Source of the DNA: Caldivirga maquilingensis IC-167
GTDB lineage: Archaea; Thermoproteota; Thermoprotei; Thermoproteales; Thermocladiaceae
NCBI RefSeq assembly: GCF_000018305.1
Contig: NC_009954.1
Location: 1,470,001-1,502,000, forward strand
Reading direction: 5' to 3'
DNA length: 32,000 nt
Shown: piece by piece, positions 1-8,930 of the stretch
How positions within the stretch are numbered: the stretch's first letter is position 1
Layout of the letters: every line of letters starts with the position of its first letter
Made by a program: the position numbers and the translations under genes
Notes under the pieces: model-generated
Seen by the model: the letters and a program-made list of their open reading frames with translations, nothing else
Databases searched by the model: none
What the model was told of the DNA's origin: nothing

Positions 1-1862
1 CCATGGGTATGTCGCCACGCCAGTAAACGGGTGCTTCAACCCACTCATTAAAGAAGACTCTCCTAAAGCCCCTTGGCTTAGCCTCACCCCCCAGGTTCTT
101 CACCTTGAACCTAGGCTTCAACCTTGTTACCACCGCGAAGACCCTTATGGTAACAACCTCAATAGGCTTACTCAACCTAAACCCGTAGGTTGCCTGGTGC
201 TTATCATTAAAGGTCCTCTCCACGTCCTCAATCCTAGCAGGCCTATTCACTGGTATGGTTAATTCCCAGCCCTGCCCCCTGTACCTAACGTCAGCGTACC
301 TGAGGAAGTAAGACACCTTGCCAAGCCTCTGGCTTAACTCATCCTCCAGCTTCATAAAACCCTCCTCTAAATCCCTTGGATACGACATCCTCACCTCAAA
401 CTTCTCATCAGCCATTAATAAACCAAGAGCGGAAAAAGCACCAGGCTCCGGTGGCACAATAATGGTGCTTACCCCTAATTCCTCAGCAATCTCAGCAGAG
501 TGCTGGGGACCAGCACCACCGAATGCCATTAATGCAAAATCCCCTGGATTAAGCCCCCTCTCCACTGTAACAAGCCTCACTGCCCTGGCCATCTCAATAT
601 TAGCGAGTTTAATGGCGTTGAGAGCAACATCAATTGGATCACCCAGTCTACGCAGCCCTTTGATGGCGCCTTCCTTATTCAGCTTCATTTCACCACCAAG
701 GAGGTAATCCCCAATTCTACCTAGGGCTAGGTTAGCATCAGTGAGCGTTGGCTCCACACCACCCTTATCGTAGCATATTGGCCCAGGATCAGCACCCGCG
801 CTCAATGGCCCAACCCTTAAGGCGCCGGCTTCATCACGCCAAATAATTGTACCACCACCTGAGGATACTTCAGCAAGGTCTATGAATGGGAATCTCACCG
901 GGTAACCGCTGCCCTTAACTAGTCTCCCATGGTGAACCTCACCGCCGACCTCATACTCCGTGGTTACCTCGGGTTCATGGTTAACTATGGATGATGCCTT
1001 CGCCGTGGTCCCACCCATGTCGAATCCAATAACATTCCTAACACTAATAATCCTTGAGAATTCCGCAGCGGCCACGGCGCCGGCTGCTGGGCCTGATTCA
1101 ATTAATTGAACAGGCCTCTGAGTGGCTTCATCACTATCCACTAGGCCTCCTGAACTGGACATTATGAAGAACTTATCAATACCCAGCTCCCTAAGGCCCT
1201 TGGAAAACTCATTAATGTACTGGCTAACAATGGGCATTAAGGCAGCATTAACGACCGCTGTGGAGGTTCTTTCATACTCCCTAGGCTCTGGGGCAATTTT
1301 ACTTGATAAGGCTACGTAGTTAAAGTACCTGCCTAATACACTGCCTGTAATCTCCTCATTACGTGGATTAATGTATGAGTGCAGGTAAGATACTGCAACT
1401 GAGTTTACGCCAAGGGACTTAGCCTTAACAGCATACTCCTCAACCTCACGTGGGTTAACCTCCTTAACCACCTCACCGTTAGCTAACGTCCTCTCCTCAA
1501 TCTCAAACCTAAGCTCCCTGGGTACAAGGGGCTTAGGCTTCTCGAAGAATAAGTCATAGAGCCTAGGCCTATTCTGACGCCCAATCTCAATAACATCCCT
1601 AAAACCCTTAGTGGTGAATAAGGCAACCTTAGGCAACTCAAGACCCACCTGACCCAATAGGGCATTTGTCCCAATTGTGGTTGCATGCAGGACCTCATCA
1701 ATACGGGCATTAATCCTCCTAAGACCCCCTAATACTGCTGCCTCAGGATTCCTAGGTGTACTAAGAACCTTAAAGGATTCTATTGAACCGTCATCACTTA
1801 AAGTAACGAAATCCGTAAAAGTACCACCAACATCAACAGCAACAATAACCATACAACCCATG
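1..1862 (-). CDS. Hydantoinase/oxoprolinase family protein, HyuA-type (A/beta subunit); 3' end runs off the window
   Basis: This gene is absent from the ORF track because it stays open to the window edge. My minus-strand translation from ATG 1862-1860 reads [71 protein letters not shown]... It stays open about 620 codons to position 1 (...[11 protein letters not shown]...[18 protein letters not shown]...[20 protein letters not shown]). The DVGGTFTD and DMGGTT actin-fold ATPase motifs and the overall layout match the N-methylhydantoinase A / acetone carboxylase beta / 5-oxoprolinase family. ATG at 1853 is an alternative start. Confidence 0.85.
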
Positions 1863-1904
1863 GAGACGCAATAAGTTTATATCTTTTTCCCTCACATCAA
1901 TAAA

Positions 1905-2606
1905 ATGCATAAGTGGGAAGTACTATCACCAGGAGTACCGTTATATACTAACATGGGTTTCGTGGGGTACTGCACATCACTACTCGTAGAGGCGGATGGG
2001 TATCATGTAGTAATTGATCCAGGGCATTATGGAAATAGGGAGTATATGTTAAAGGCATTGAGTAGTAGGGGAATTAAGCCCAGTGATGTTGAGCACATAA
2101 TACTCACACACGTGCACTATGATCACGCACTTAACATAACTCTATTCCCCAACGCTAAAATATACATATCAAAGAATGAGTATGAATACTCAATGAGTAG
2201 TAATGACCCATATGAAGTCCCCTTCTTACTACAATTAATGAGAAATAGACTGGTATTTATAAAGGAGGATGATGAATTATATGGAATTAAATTTGTGGAA
2301 TTACCAGGGCATACGGCGGGTAGTATAGGGGTAGTGATTAATAATGATACTTTAGTTGCTGGGGATGCAATTAAGTATATTACAGAGGCTATTAAAAAAT
2401 CCACAACATTTGCATACTATGACATTAATAAGGCTAATGCAAGCATAGTCAAGGCTATAAATATGGCTCACATAATAATCCCTGGTCATGATGCGCCATT
2501 TATGATTAAGGGAAATGAAACCATAGAGCCATTAAGCAATAAATCAAATAACTTCATAATATATTTGAGGAGTAAAGTAAATTTATCAATAAGTATTGAT
2601 TTTTAA
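1905..2606 (+). CDS. MBL-fold metallo-hydrolase
   Basis: 233-aa ORF with the HxHxDH zinc motif (LTHVHYDH), followed by LPGHTAGS and IPGHD. It is noticeably more AT-rich than the his region by eye. Confidence 0.75.
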   Translation: MHKWEVLSPGVPLYTNMGFVGYCTSLLVEADGYHVVIDPGHYGNREYMLKALSSRGIKPSDVEHIILTHVHYDHALNITLFPNAKIYISKNEYEYSMSSNDPYEVPFLLQLMRNRLVFIKEDDELYGIKFVELPGHTAGSIGVVINNDTLVAGDAIKYITEAIKKSTTFAYYDINKANASIVKAINMAHIIIPGHDAPFMIKGNETIEPLSNKSNNFIIYLRSKVNLSISIDF

Positions 2607-2611
2607 TTGAA

Positions 2612-3337
2612 TCATAATGTTAAGTCACTAAATAATGCTCCTAAATTATACCTTAATTTAACCTTGATACCTAGGTTTCTTATTACAGCCCATAGTGTGG
2701 CGCTATTACTACTAATCACTGGTTTACCTAATTGCCTTTCAAGATCACCTATTACTTCGAAGCTACGCCAATTAGTGCAGGAAATAAATAATGCGTCATA
2801 ATCAGAGCCAAATCTCCGTGCCTCATTTAATGCAGTCTCATAGGTAATGCTGGGGTCCAGGGATCCAATCACTGTATTATCGGAGATACCGAGTCCCTTT
2901 ATACTCACTACTTGGATGCCATGGGCTTCAAGAAACTCCCTTTCCTTAACATTCAATTCATCAATATATGGCGTAACCACCAATACTTTACGTGCATTAA
3001 AATAAGAAAGGGCATCTATTACGGCGCCAGATGTGGCTACGGCTGGTATTTCAGTTATATCTTCAATTCTACGCTTAATCTCTAGATGATGATTGGGGCC
3101 TTTGAATAAACTCCCTGTGGTGCATGCATAGGCTATTATATTTACCTTCGCAGTGCCTAATTCCTGAGCTGCACGCTCTGTTTCCCTCTCCATTTCCTTA
3201 AGGCCATTTAACGTGACTTCCTTCAATGTTATTCGTGATGTATGCACTGTAACATCAGGCTCAAGTATAGTTCTCGTGAATTCCCTCTCTACTGTGGTAT
3301 TTGATGATGGAATAATAGTGCCCAGTTTAATCCACAT
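2612..3337 (-). CDS. Asp/Glu/hydantoin racemase superfamily protein, maleate isomerase / arylmalonate decarboxylase-like
   Basis: 241-aa ORF with the two cysteine motifs typical of this superfamily (IIAYACTTGSL and ALFISCTNWRSFE). Its stop is 5 nt from the convergent MBL gene. Confidence 0.7.
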   Translation of the reverse strand: MWIKLGTIIPSSNTTVEREFTRTILEPDVTVHTSRITLKEVTLNGLKEMERETERAAQELGTAKVNIIAYACTTGSLFKGPNHHLEIKRRIEDITEIPAVATSGAVIDALSYFNARKVLVVTPYIDELNVKEREFLEAHGIQVVSIKGLGISDNTVIGSLDPSITYETALNEARRFGSDYDALFISCTNWRSFEVIGDLERQLGKPVISSNSATLWAVIRNLGIKVKLRYNLGALFSDLTL

Positions 3338-3397
3338 AATTCATAACTATGCATAAAACTTAAAAATTTTATGTGTACATAATATGATTGACCTACT

Positions 3398-4714
3398 ATG
3401 GTATCAATGAGAACCAAGGCAATAATTAGTACAACCCTTGGTATCGCCTTTGAGTGGTATGACTTCTTCCTATACAGTTTACTAGCCCCGGTGATAGCGC
3501 AAGTGTTTTTCCCAAAGACTATACCTGTTTTATCACTGGCTTATGCCTATGTTGTACTCTTCATAGGATTCGTGGGTAGGCCGGCTGGGGGCTTGATCTT
3601 TGGTTATATTGGTGATAAATTTAGTAGGATACGTGCACTATACTTCACATTGCTCATCGCAGGGATATCAGTATTATTAGTTGCAATATTACCTACGTAT
3701 CAACAGATTGGTGTAGCGGCACCAATATTATTAGCAATACTGAGATTTGCTGATGGCATAGGGCTTGGTGGCGAATGGGGTGGTAGTTTCTCCCTAACCT
3801 CAGAGTACATAAATCCAAATCTAAGGGGCTTTTTCTCAGGTCTTCTCCAGGCTACCGTACCCGTGGCATCTTTATTAGTAAGTGGATTCACACTATTATT
3901 CACCTCACTGCTTGGTGAAAGCGGCTTCTACGCTGTTGGCTGGAGGTATGTCTTCGCAATAGGCTTCATCATATCAATAATCGGCGTCTTCATAAGATTT
4001 AGGGTTGCTGATTCCCCAGTTTTTCAAAAACTCGTGGAGACGGGCAGGGTGGTTAAAAACCCAATCTCCGGGGCGTTCAGGAGGTATTGGAAATTAATCC
4101 TAATGGGTTTATTCCTAGTAGGCATAGTAAATGGGGCTTATTACTACCTAAACTTCGCCTTTGCACTGGGTTACGCAACAACCATTGCTAAGGCATTTCA
4201 TAAACCCTACGTACCCTACTCCGTGGTCTCAGAGGGAGTATTAATATCCTCCCCAGTATTGATAATACTTGCACTAGCCTTCGGCTATCTATCAGATAGG
4301 ATTGGTAGAAGACCCTTAATATTAGCGAATGCAGTAGGCGCAATTGTTTTCATAGCGCCATATTTACTAATGCTACTAAGCGGCGACCCCACGCTTGTTA
4401 TGAGCGCAATAGTGCTTGGTGGATTAATTTTCTGGTTGATTTCAGGTGCCATAACGCCCATAGTACTTGTTGAAATGTTCCCACCTGAGGTTAGGTATAC
4501 TGGTATTTCCACTGCTTATCAAATCGGTGTGGGATTCATAGGTGGTTTATCACCATACATACTAACATTCATGATATCAGCATTACATGATATCTTCTGG
4601 CCACCACTTATCTATACAGTGGTCCTGGGATTAATAGTCCTATTCATAGGCATAGTACTGGGTGAAACCAAGGGAAGACTACACGTGGGTGAGGAAATCC
4701 TAAGACAGCAGTGA
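3398..4714 (+). CDS. MFS transporter, metabolite:H+ symporter (MHS, ProP/KgtP-like) family
   Basis: 438 aa with about 12 hydrophobic segments. Signature motifs are GRPAGGLIFGYIGDKFSRI, RFADGIGLGGEWGG and ADSPVF. It is a paralog of the ORF at 22718..24028. Confidence 0.85.
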   Translation: MVSMRTKAIISTTLGIAFEWYDFFLYSLLAPVIAQVFFPKTIPVLSLAYAYVVLFIGFVGRPAGGLIFGYIGDKFSRIRALYFTLLIAGISVLLVAILPTYQQIGVAAPILLAILRFADGIGLGGEWGGSFSLTSEYINPNLRGFFSGLLQATVPVASLLVSGFTLLFTSLLGESGFYAVGWRYVFAIGFIISIIGVFIRFRVADSPVFQKLVETGRVVKNPISGAFRRYWKLILMGLFLVGIVNGAYYYLNFAFALGYATTIAKAFHKPYVPYSVVSEGVLISSPVLIILALAFGYLSDRIGRRPLILANAVGAIVFIAPYLLMLLSGDPTLVMSAIVLGGLIFWLISGAITPIVLVEMFPPEVRYTGISTAYQIGVGFIGGLSPYILTFMISALHDIFWPPLIYTVVLGLIVLFIGIVLGETKGRLHVGEEILRQQ

Positions 4715-4741
4715 TGCTGTAATTCAGTTTTCAGTTTAAAA

Positions 4742-5635
4742 TCAGGTGAGTTTTTGCGGGTTCTCCTTAATCATTACCTCCACATCATCTGGAGATAACC
4801 CACCCTCAATCAATTGCCTCACAAATTCCCTAAGACCCTCAGTTGGTGGTGGATTATGCACCTGCCCTAGGTCTGAGCTAATTATGTTATGTTCTACTCC
4901 AGTCTCCACTATCATTCTTACGTAATCATTTACGGTAACTCGCTTAGCTAGAACATTCTCAAAGGTTCTTTCCAAGTAGGCCCCATGGTTAGCCAGCTCC
5001 CTTTGCTGCTCCAACGTATACCTAGTTGTAGTGAAGTCGGGGTGCGTGATAATTACCTTTCTAACACCCTTCTCAAAGGCCCTCTTAACTAGTTCCATAC
5101 CCTCAATGGGGCTTAGGTGACCTGTGGCCAGTACCATGTCGTACTGCCTTATTAATTCAAGTACCTCATCAACCACAGGCTTTATTTTACCTTCAGAATC
5201 AAGTACAGTTAATCCCTCACCAAGTAACCCCCTACTACGCAGCTCCAACTGCATACGAGCCCACGCCGGTGGATGAGGATGATTTTCCCATTTACTTAAC
5301 TCCCTATGCTCATTCAACGAATCCACGGTGGGAAACCAAACGATTAATGCACCTAACCTACCCGCTATATCAACAGCCCTTGGATTTAATCCACCCACAG
5401 CCTCATTTAATACAATACCGCCAAGGACCCTTACCCCATCAACAATCCTATTAACCAAGTAAGCCCTATCATGGGTTGGCGTATAATGGTTTTTAATAAT
5501 AAAACCACTAAACCCATTACTCTTAAATAACTTAGCCATTTCTAAATCATTAAGAAGCCTAGGTACTGCATCAGGTCCTGTATGCACATGCATGTCAAAG
5601 GAGCCCCTTAAGACTTTCTCAAGTGTAACCACCAT
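4742..5635 (-). CDS. Predicted metal-dependent TIM-barrel hydrolase (amidohydrolase-superfamily-like)
   Basis: 297 aa with an N-terminal FDMHVHTGPD (HxH metal motif), later ATGHLSP and IITHPDF. A TATA-like GTTTAAAAC lies at 5658-5667, about 25-30 nt upstream of the ATG. The family assignment is approximate. Confidence 0.45.
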   Translation of the reverse strand: MVVTLEKVLRGSFDMHVHTGPDAVPRLLNDLEMAKLFKSNGFSGFIIKNHYTPTHDRAYLVNRIVDGVRVLGGIVLNEAVGGLNPRAVDIAGRLGALIVWFPTVDSLNEHRELSKWENHPHPPAWARMQLELRSRGLLGEGLTVLDSEGKIKPVVDEVLELIRQYDMVLATGHLSPIEGMELVKRAFEKGVRKVIITHPDFTTTRYTLEQQRELANHGAYLERTFENVLAKRVTVNDYVRMIVETGVEHNIISSDLGQVHNPPPTEGLREFVRQLIEGGLSPDDVEVMIKENPQKLT

Positions 5636-5839
5636 TACTATGATTCAGTTGAATAGTGTTTAAAACTGTTGACTCTACTCCACCTCAGGTTTAATGACTG
5701 TTAATAATAAGCATGGTTAAAAAGCCTTTTATCCTTCTTCATGAGCCATAATAGAGTAGCTTCCTTAAAGGGGTAGCACCCAAGACCTTAATGGAACCCT
5801 CGGTTCTCTAGGATGGGAGTAGGTTAGATATTTAATATC

Positions 5840-6367
5840 TTAAGTCCTCAATTTACTGGGCAGTAGTAGCTTCTGCCTCTCAGTGAAGTAACCCCTAGCC
5901 TCCCTAACTAGGCTCATTATGGCTTGGGGTTGTTGAGATGATTTAGCGGCCTCAAGTATGCTCTTGGCTGAATTAATCAATGCTAAATCATACTTAACCA
6001 AGTTCTCCAAGTCCTCTGGGTAAACCTTAAACCTATCATGCATTCCAGAATCCCCTAATGGGGCGTTGTAAACCTCCATTATCAGTTTCCTAAGCTCACT
6101 GAGTAATGCCTCATACTGTTGAATAATTGGGTTGAATGGATCTGTTTGAGCTATAGCCGCCTCATTAGCCTCAATAATGCTCCTAGCCTCCTCAAGAATC
6201 TGCGTTACGGCTTTCCTCACCAGGAAGTCATCTTGCCTAATCAAGTCCTTAACCTTATAACCCCTGAAGCCTGGTACCATTAATTGAAGCCTCTCCAATG
6301 GTGTTAACGGTGACTCAGAGATGGGGGTTCCCTGTCCACTACCTTGATTACTCACGTCCCTCTTCAC
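5840..6367 (-). CDS. Hypothetical, predominantly helical protein; third gene of the SPFH operon
   Basis: 175 aa with a GTG start 13 nt after the upstream stop. A low-complexity N-terminus (NQGSGQGTPISESP) is followed by GFRGYKVKDLIRQDDFLVRKAV and long amphipathic helix-like stretches. I recognise no catalytic motif. Confidence 0.6.
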   Translation of the reverse strand: MKRDVSNQGSGQGTPISESPLTPLERLQLMVPGFRGYKVKDLIRQDDFLVRKAVTQILEEARSIIEANEAAIAQTDPFNPIIQQYEALLSELRKLIMEVYNAPLGDSGMHDRFKVYPEDLENLVKYDLALINSAKSILEAAKSSQQPQAIMSLVREARGYFTERQKLLLPSKLRT

Positions 6368-6380
6368 TGGTTGAGTGAAT

Positions 6381-6806
6381 TTAAGGCTTACTCAACTTAA
6401 CGCCCAGGTAACCACCCAGTAGCCCGGCGATAATATTAATAACTATGAATAACCCAGCCCTAGTCCTGAAGGGTCCATTATAAGAATCCACTATAACCGT
6501 TAAAATAGCCTCGGTGACTATGGTGTATGCGGCTATCCTCATTGTTGGTGCAAATAACTGCGTATTATAACCCATTAGGTTCTCCGACCTGTAAGGCTTA
6601 ACGAAGATTAATAATACTCCGTAGAGGGCTAGTATTAGGAGTAGGTTGACCCAAAGCCCCCTGTATATTGCCCAGAGGGGGCTAATAACTACGGGTACTG
6701 GGTAGAATACGTCGGCTAGGAGTTCAAGGAGTATTGTTAATATTGATACTGTGAATGAGTACCCGATTCCAGCAACCGCCCCGTATCTAACATCCCTAGT
6801 ACTCAT
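6381..6806 (-). CDS. Small integral membrane protein (about 4 TM); second gene of the SPFH operon
   Basis: 141 aa with four long hydrophobic stretches (SFTVSILTILLELL, LWVNLLLILALYGVLLIFV, IAAYTIVTEAILTVIV, LFIVINIIAGLLGGYLGV). The ATG is 8 nt after the SPFH gene stop. Confidence 0.65.
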   Translation of the reverse strand: MSTRDVRYGAVAGIGYSFTVSILTILLELLADVFYPVPVVISPLWAIYRGLWVNLLLILALYGVLLIFVKPYRSENLMGYNTQLFAPTMRIAAYTIVTEAILTVIVDSYNGPFRTRAGLFIVINIIAGLLGGYLGVKLSKP

Positions 6807-6814
6807 AACCCCTA

Positions 6815-7690
6815 CTACTCCTCCTCCCTCCTCTCCCTAGGCTTCTCACTGGGCTTAACGCTTGGTGGAATTTGCTGAATCTGGGGCAGTACACCAGCCC
6901 CACCGATAACTAGGTTTATTGGGTAGTAGGGTACGCCAAGCATCATGTTTGTTGCAGCTGGGTCTGAGCGTTGAGCCATTATTTCAGCTAACCTAGCCCT
7001 AATGGCCGTGGTTGGGTCTAGACCAATGGCAGTGAACTGTATTATCCTCCTCATGGTCTCATCCTCAGGCTCAAGCCTAACAATCCTGCAGGTGAGTAGG
7101 TTAACACCCATCTCATCCATCACTGACCTAAGGGATGCTGTTACGGCGTCGGTTACCTTATGTAGATTAGCGTAGATCTCGCTTAGTGAAGTCATGTTAA
7201 GCACCTGGGAGACTGATTGATCAACTATAGGGGATAGGAATACTGCGAAATCATTAACAGTGTACTTAAGTTCACTGAACTGGATTGAGTTAATGAACTT
7301 AACTGGATCTGATATTACGAAGTAGTAGGCTACCTGGTATCTCATTGGTACAAGCTCCTTAGTTTGCGTTGAGCCCTCACTCCTAGCCTCATGGCGAGCA
7401 GTGCTAACGTAAAGCACCTCCACCTCCCATGGTAGGTTACCTGAGTATTGAAGCCTGGCGAAGAATTGTGAAACAGGGTTAGCTGGGGTTTGTAGGTCAT
7501 GGGCACCTGGGTCAAATACACCCGTTATCTGGCCTTGGAACCTGACTACTGCTTTCTGGTTTGAGTAAACTATTAGCCTTGACCTAGTCCTCACGTCAAC
7601 TGAATGATACTTGACGATTAGGTCATTAGGACCCATTTCGTCAATACCCTTTTCATTTACAGTTGATATTACCTGTGCCCTTATAGACAT
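6815..7690 (-). CDS. SPFH/Band-7 superfamily protein of the YdjI type (COG4260 / PF13421-like)
   Basis: 291 aa. The pattern SRLIVYSNQKAVVRFQGQITGVFDPGAHDLQT...WEVEVLYVST...YYFVISDPVKFINSI follows the N-terminal beta-rich region of YdjI-type SPFH proteins as I remember them. The C-terminus is a Pro/charged tail (PPSVKPSEKPRERREEE). Confidence 0.7.
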   Translation of the reverse strand: MSIRAQVISTVNEKGIDEMGPNDLIVKYHSVDVRTRSRLIVYSNQKAVVRFQGQITGVFDPGAHDLQTPANPVSQFFARLQYSGNLPWEVEVLYVSTARHEARSEGSTQTKELVPMRYQVAYYFVISDPVKFINSIQFSELKYTVNDFAVFLSPIVDQSVSQVLNMTSLSEIYANLHKVTDAVTASLRSVMDEMGVNLLTCRIVRLEPEDETMRRIIQFTAIGLDPTTAIRARLAEIMAQRSDPAATNMMLGVPYYPINLVIGGAGVLPQIQQIPPSVKPSEKPRERREEE

Positions 7691-7712
7691 GATTTAAGGT
7701 AACTAAGGCTTA

Positions 7713-7720
7713 CTTATAAA
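7713..7720 (-). promoter_or_regulatory. TATA box for the SPFH operon (leaderless mRNA implied)
   Basis: The minus strand reads TTTATAAG, centred about 26 nt upstream of the ATG at 7690. This is the classic crenarchaeal TATA-to-TSS spacing. Confidence 0.5.
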
Positions 7721-8078
7721 CATTATTCAAACCCAGTTCATTATACTTATTCATAGTGAGGAAAAGAAAACTCAAGGCATGGGAAGGATTCTAGGCGCCT
7801 TCATGCTTCCTGTCCCTAAGGATGAGTAATGAAAGGAGGGAGGCTGAGGGTTTTCGTAAGCATGTTCATTATCATATTTAATAATAGGGGAATCGGTATT
7901 GAGAATTATTATTTATAGTAATACTGCCTGGGTAAGGGACTCATGGTTAAGGATCATTAGTGTTAATTCTAATGTTGAATGTAGTTTATTTACAATTAAG
8001 GCTAAACTACGTGCCAATAGGTAATGCTTATATACCCTCAGTAGCCGTGGCATTGATGAATAACCTCCAACATACTTA

Positions 8079-8930
8079 ATGGCAATCCCATCCAAGGGAC
8101 GACTCGTGGAGCCTGTCATGAGTCTCCTAAACTACGTTGGCATTAAGCCTCAGTCAATGGATGATAGGGCCCTTGTACTCCCAACAAGTTGGCGTTCACT
8201 CAGTTTAATAAGGATTAGGCCAGAGGACATACCCAGTGTTGTTGAGTCAAACTCAGCCATAATGGGTATAACGGGCCTAGACTATGTTGTTGAGAACGGT
8301 GCCTCGGTGAATGTTGTTGAGAGGCTTGGGTTCGGTAGGGGGAGGATTGTTATTGCTGTGCCTTCAGGTTCAGGGATTAGTAGTATTGATGAGATTAAGG
8401 ATGGGTTTAGGTTAGCCACAAAGTACGTTAACATAACAAGCGCCTACTTCAGTAAACTGGGTAGGAGGGTTAGGATTGTTAGAATATCCGGTAGCGCTGA
8501 AGTAATGCCACTGCTTAATGTAGCTGACGGTATTGTTGACGTTATGTCAACTGGCACGACGCTTAGGCTCCATGGCCTTAAGCCAATTGGCGTAATCATG
8601 GAGAGTGAAGCCGTCTTAGTTACCCCAAGGGAATTGAATGGTGATGAGAGGGAATTCGTGGATAAATTCCTAATACTAATGAGGGGTGCCTTAGCGTCAA
8701 ACGGTAGGAAGCTAATCCTAATGAATGTCCCTGAAGAGGACTTAGCCGCGGTGCTTAAAGTCCTCCCAGCAATGGAGGGGCCCACTGTGGCTGATGTTGC
8801 ATCAGGTAAACCCATGAAGGAGGTTATATCAGTTGTCCCAGAGGAATCAATACCTGACCTACTCCCACTGTTGAAGAGGGCTGGGGCTAAGGATATATTA
8901 GTGTTGAGTATTGAGAAGGTGATACCGTGA
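8079..8930 (+). CDS. hisG: ATP phosphoribosyltransferase, long form
   Basis: 283 aa starting MAIPSKGRLVEPVMSLL. It includes the C-terminal regulatory extension, so no HisZ is needed. It is first in the hisGABF run. Confidence 0.9.
   Translation: MAIPSKGRLVEPVMSLLNYVGIKPQSMDDRALVLPTSWRSLSLIRIRPEDIPSVVESNSAIMGITGLDYVVENGASVNVVERLGFGRGRIVIAVPSGSGISSIDEIKDGFRLATKYVNITSAYFSKLGRRVRIVRISGSAEVMPLLNVADGIVDVMSTGTTLRLHGLKPIGVIMESEAVLVTPRELNGDEREFVDKFLILMRGALASNGRKLILMNVPEEDLAAVLKVLPAMEGPTVADVASGKPMKEVISVVPEESIPDLLPLLKRAGAKDILVLSIEKVIP

Noticed and set aside
318-1874. Track ORFs 318..707(+), 1122..1319(+), 1483..1710(-) and 1677..1874(+)
   Set aside because: All lie inside the long minus-strand hydantoinase-A reading frame, either antisense or out of frame. 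They have low-complexity Ser/Pro/Leu-rich translations and are shadow ORFs.
4742-5635. The HxH TIM-barrel hydrolase as the missing histidinol-phosphate phosphatase (PHP-like)
   Set aside because: It is separated from the his genes by the unrelated SPFH operon and sits on the other side of a promoter region. Its motifs do not clearly match PHP HisJ/HisK, so this is pure guilt by distance.
7741-8119. His-codon leader peptide/attenuator upstream of hisG, and track ORF 7913..8119(-)
   Set aside because: The small ORFs in the 388-bp leader (for example MGRILGAFMLPVPKDE) contain no His codon runs. The 68-aa minus ORF overlaps the hisG start and has no support. An imperfect hairpin (CATGCTT...AAGCATG, about 7802-7866) is too weak to call.
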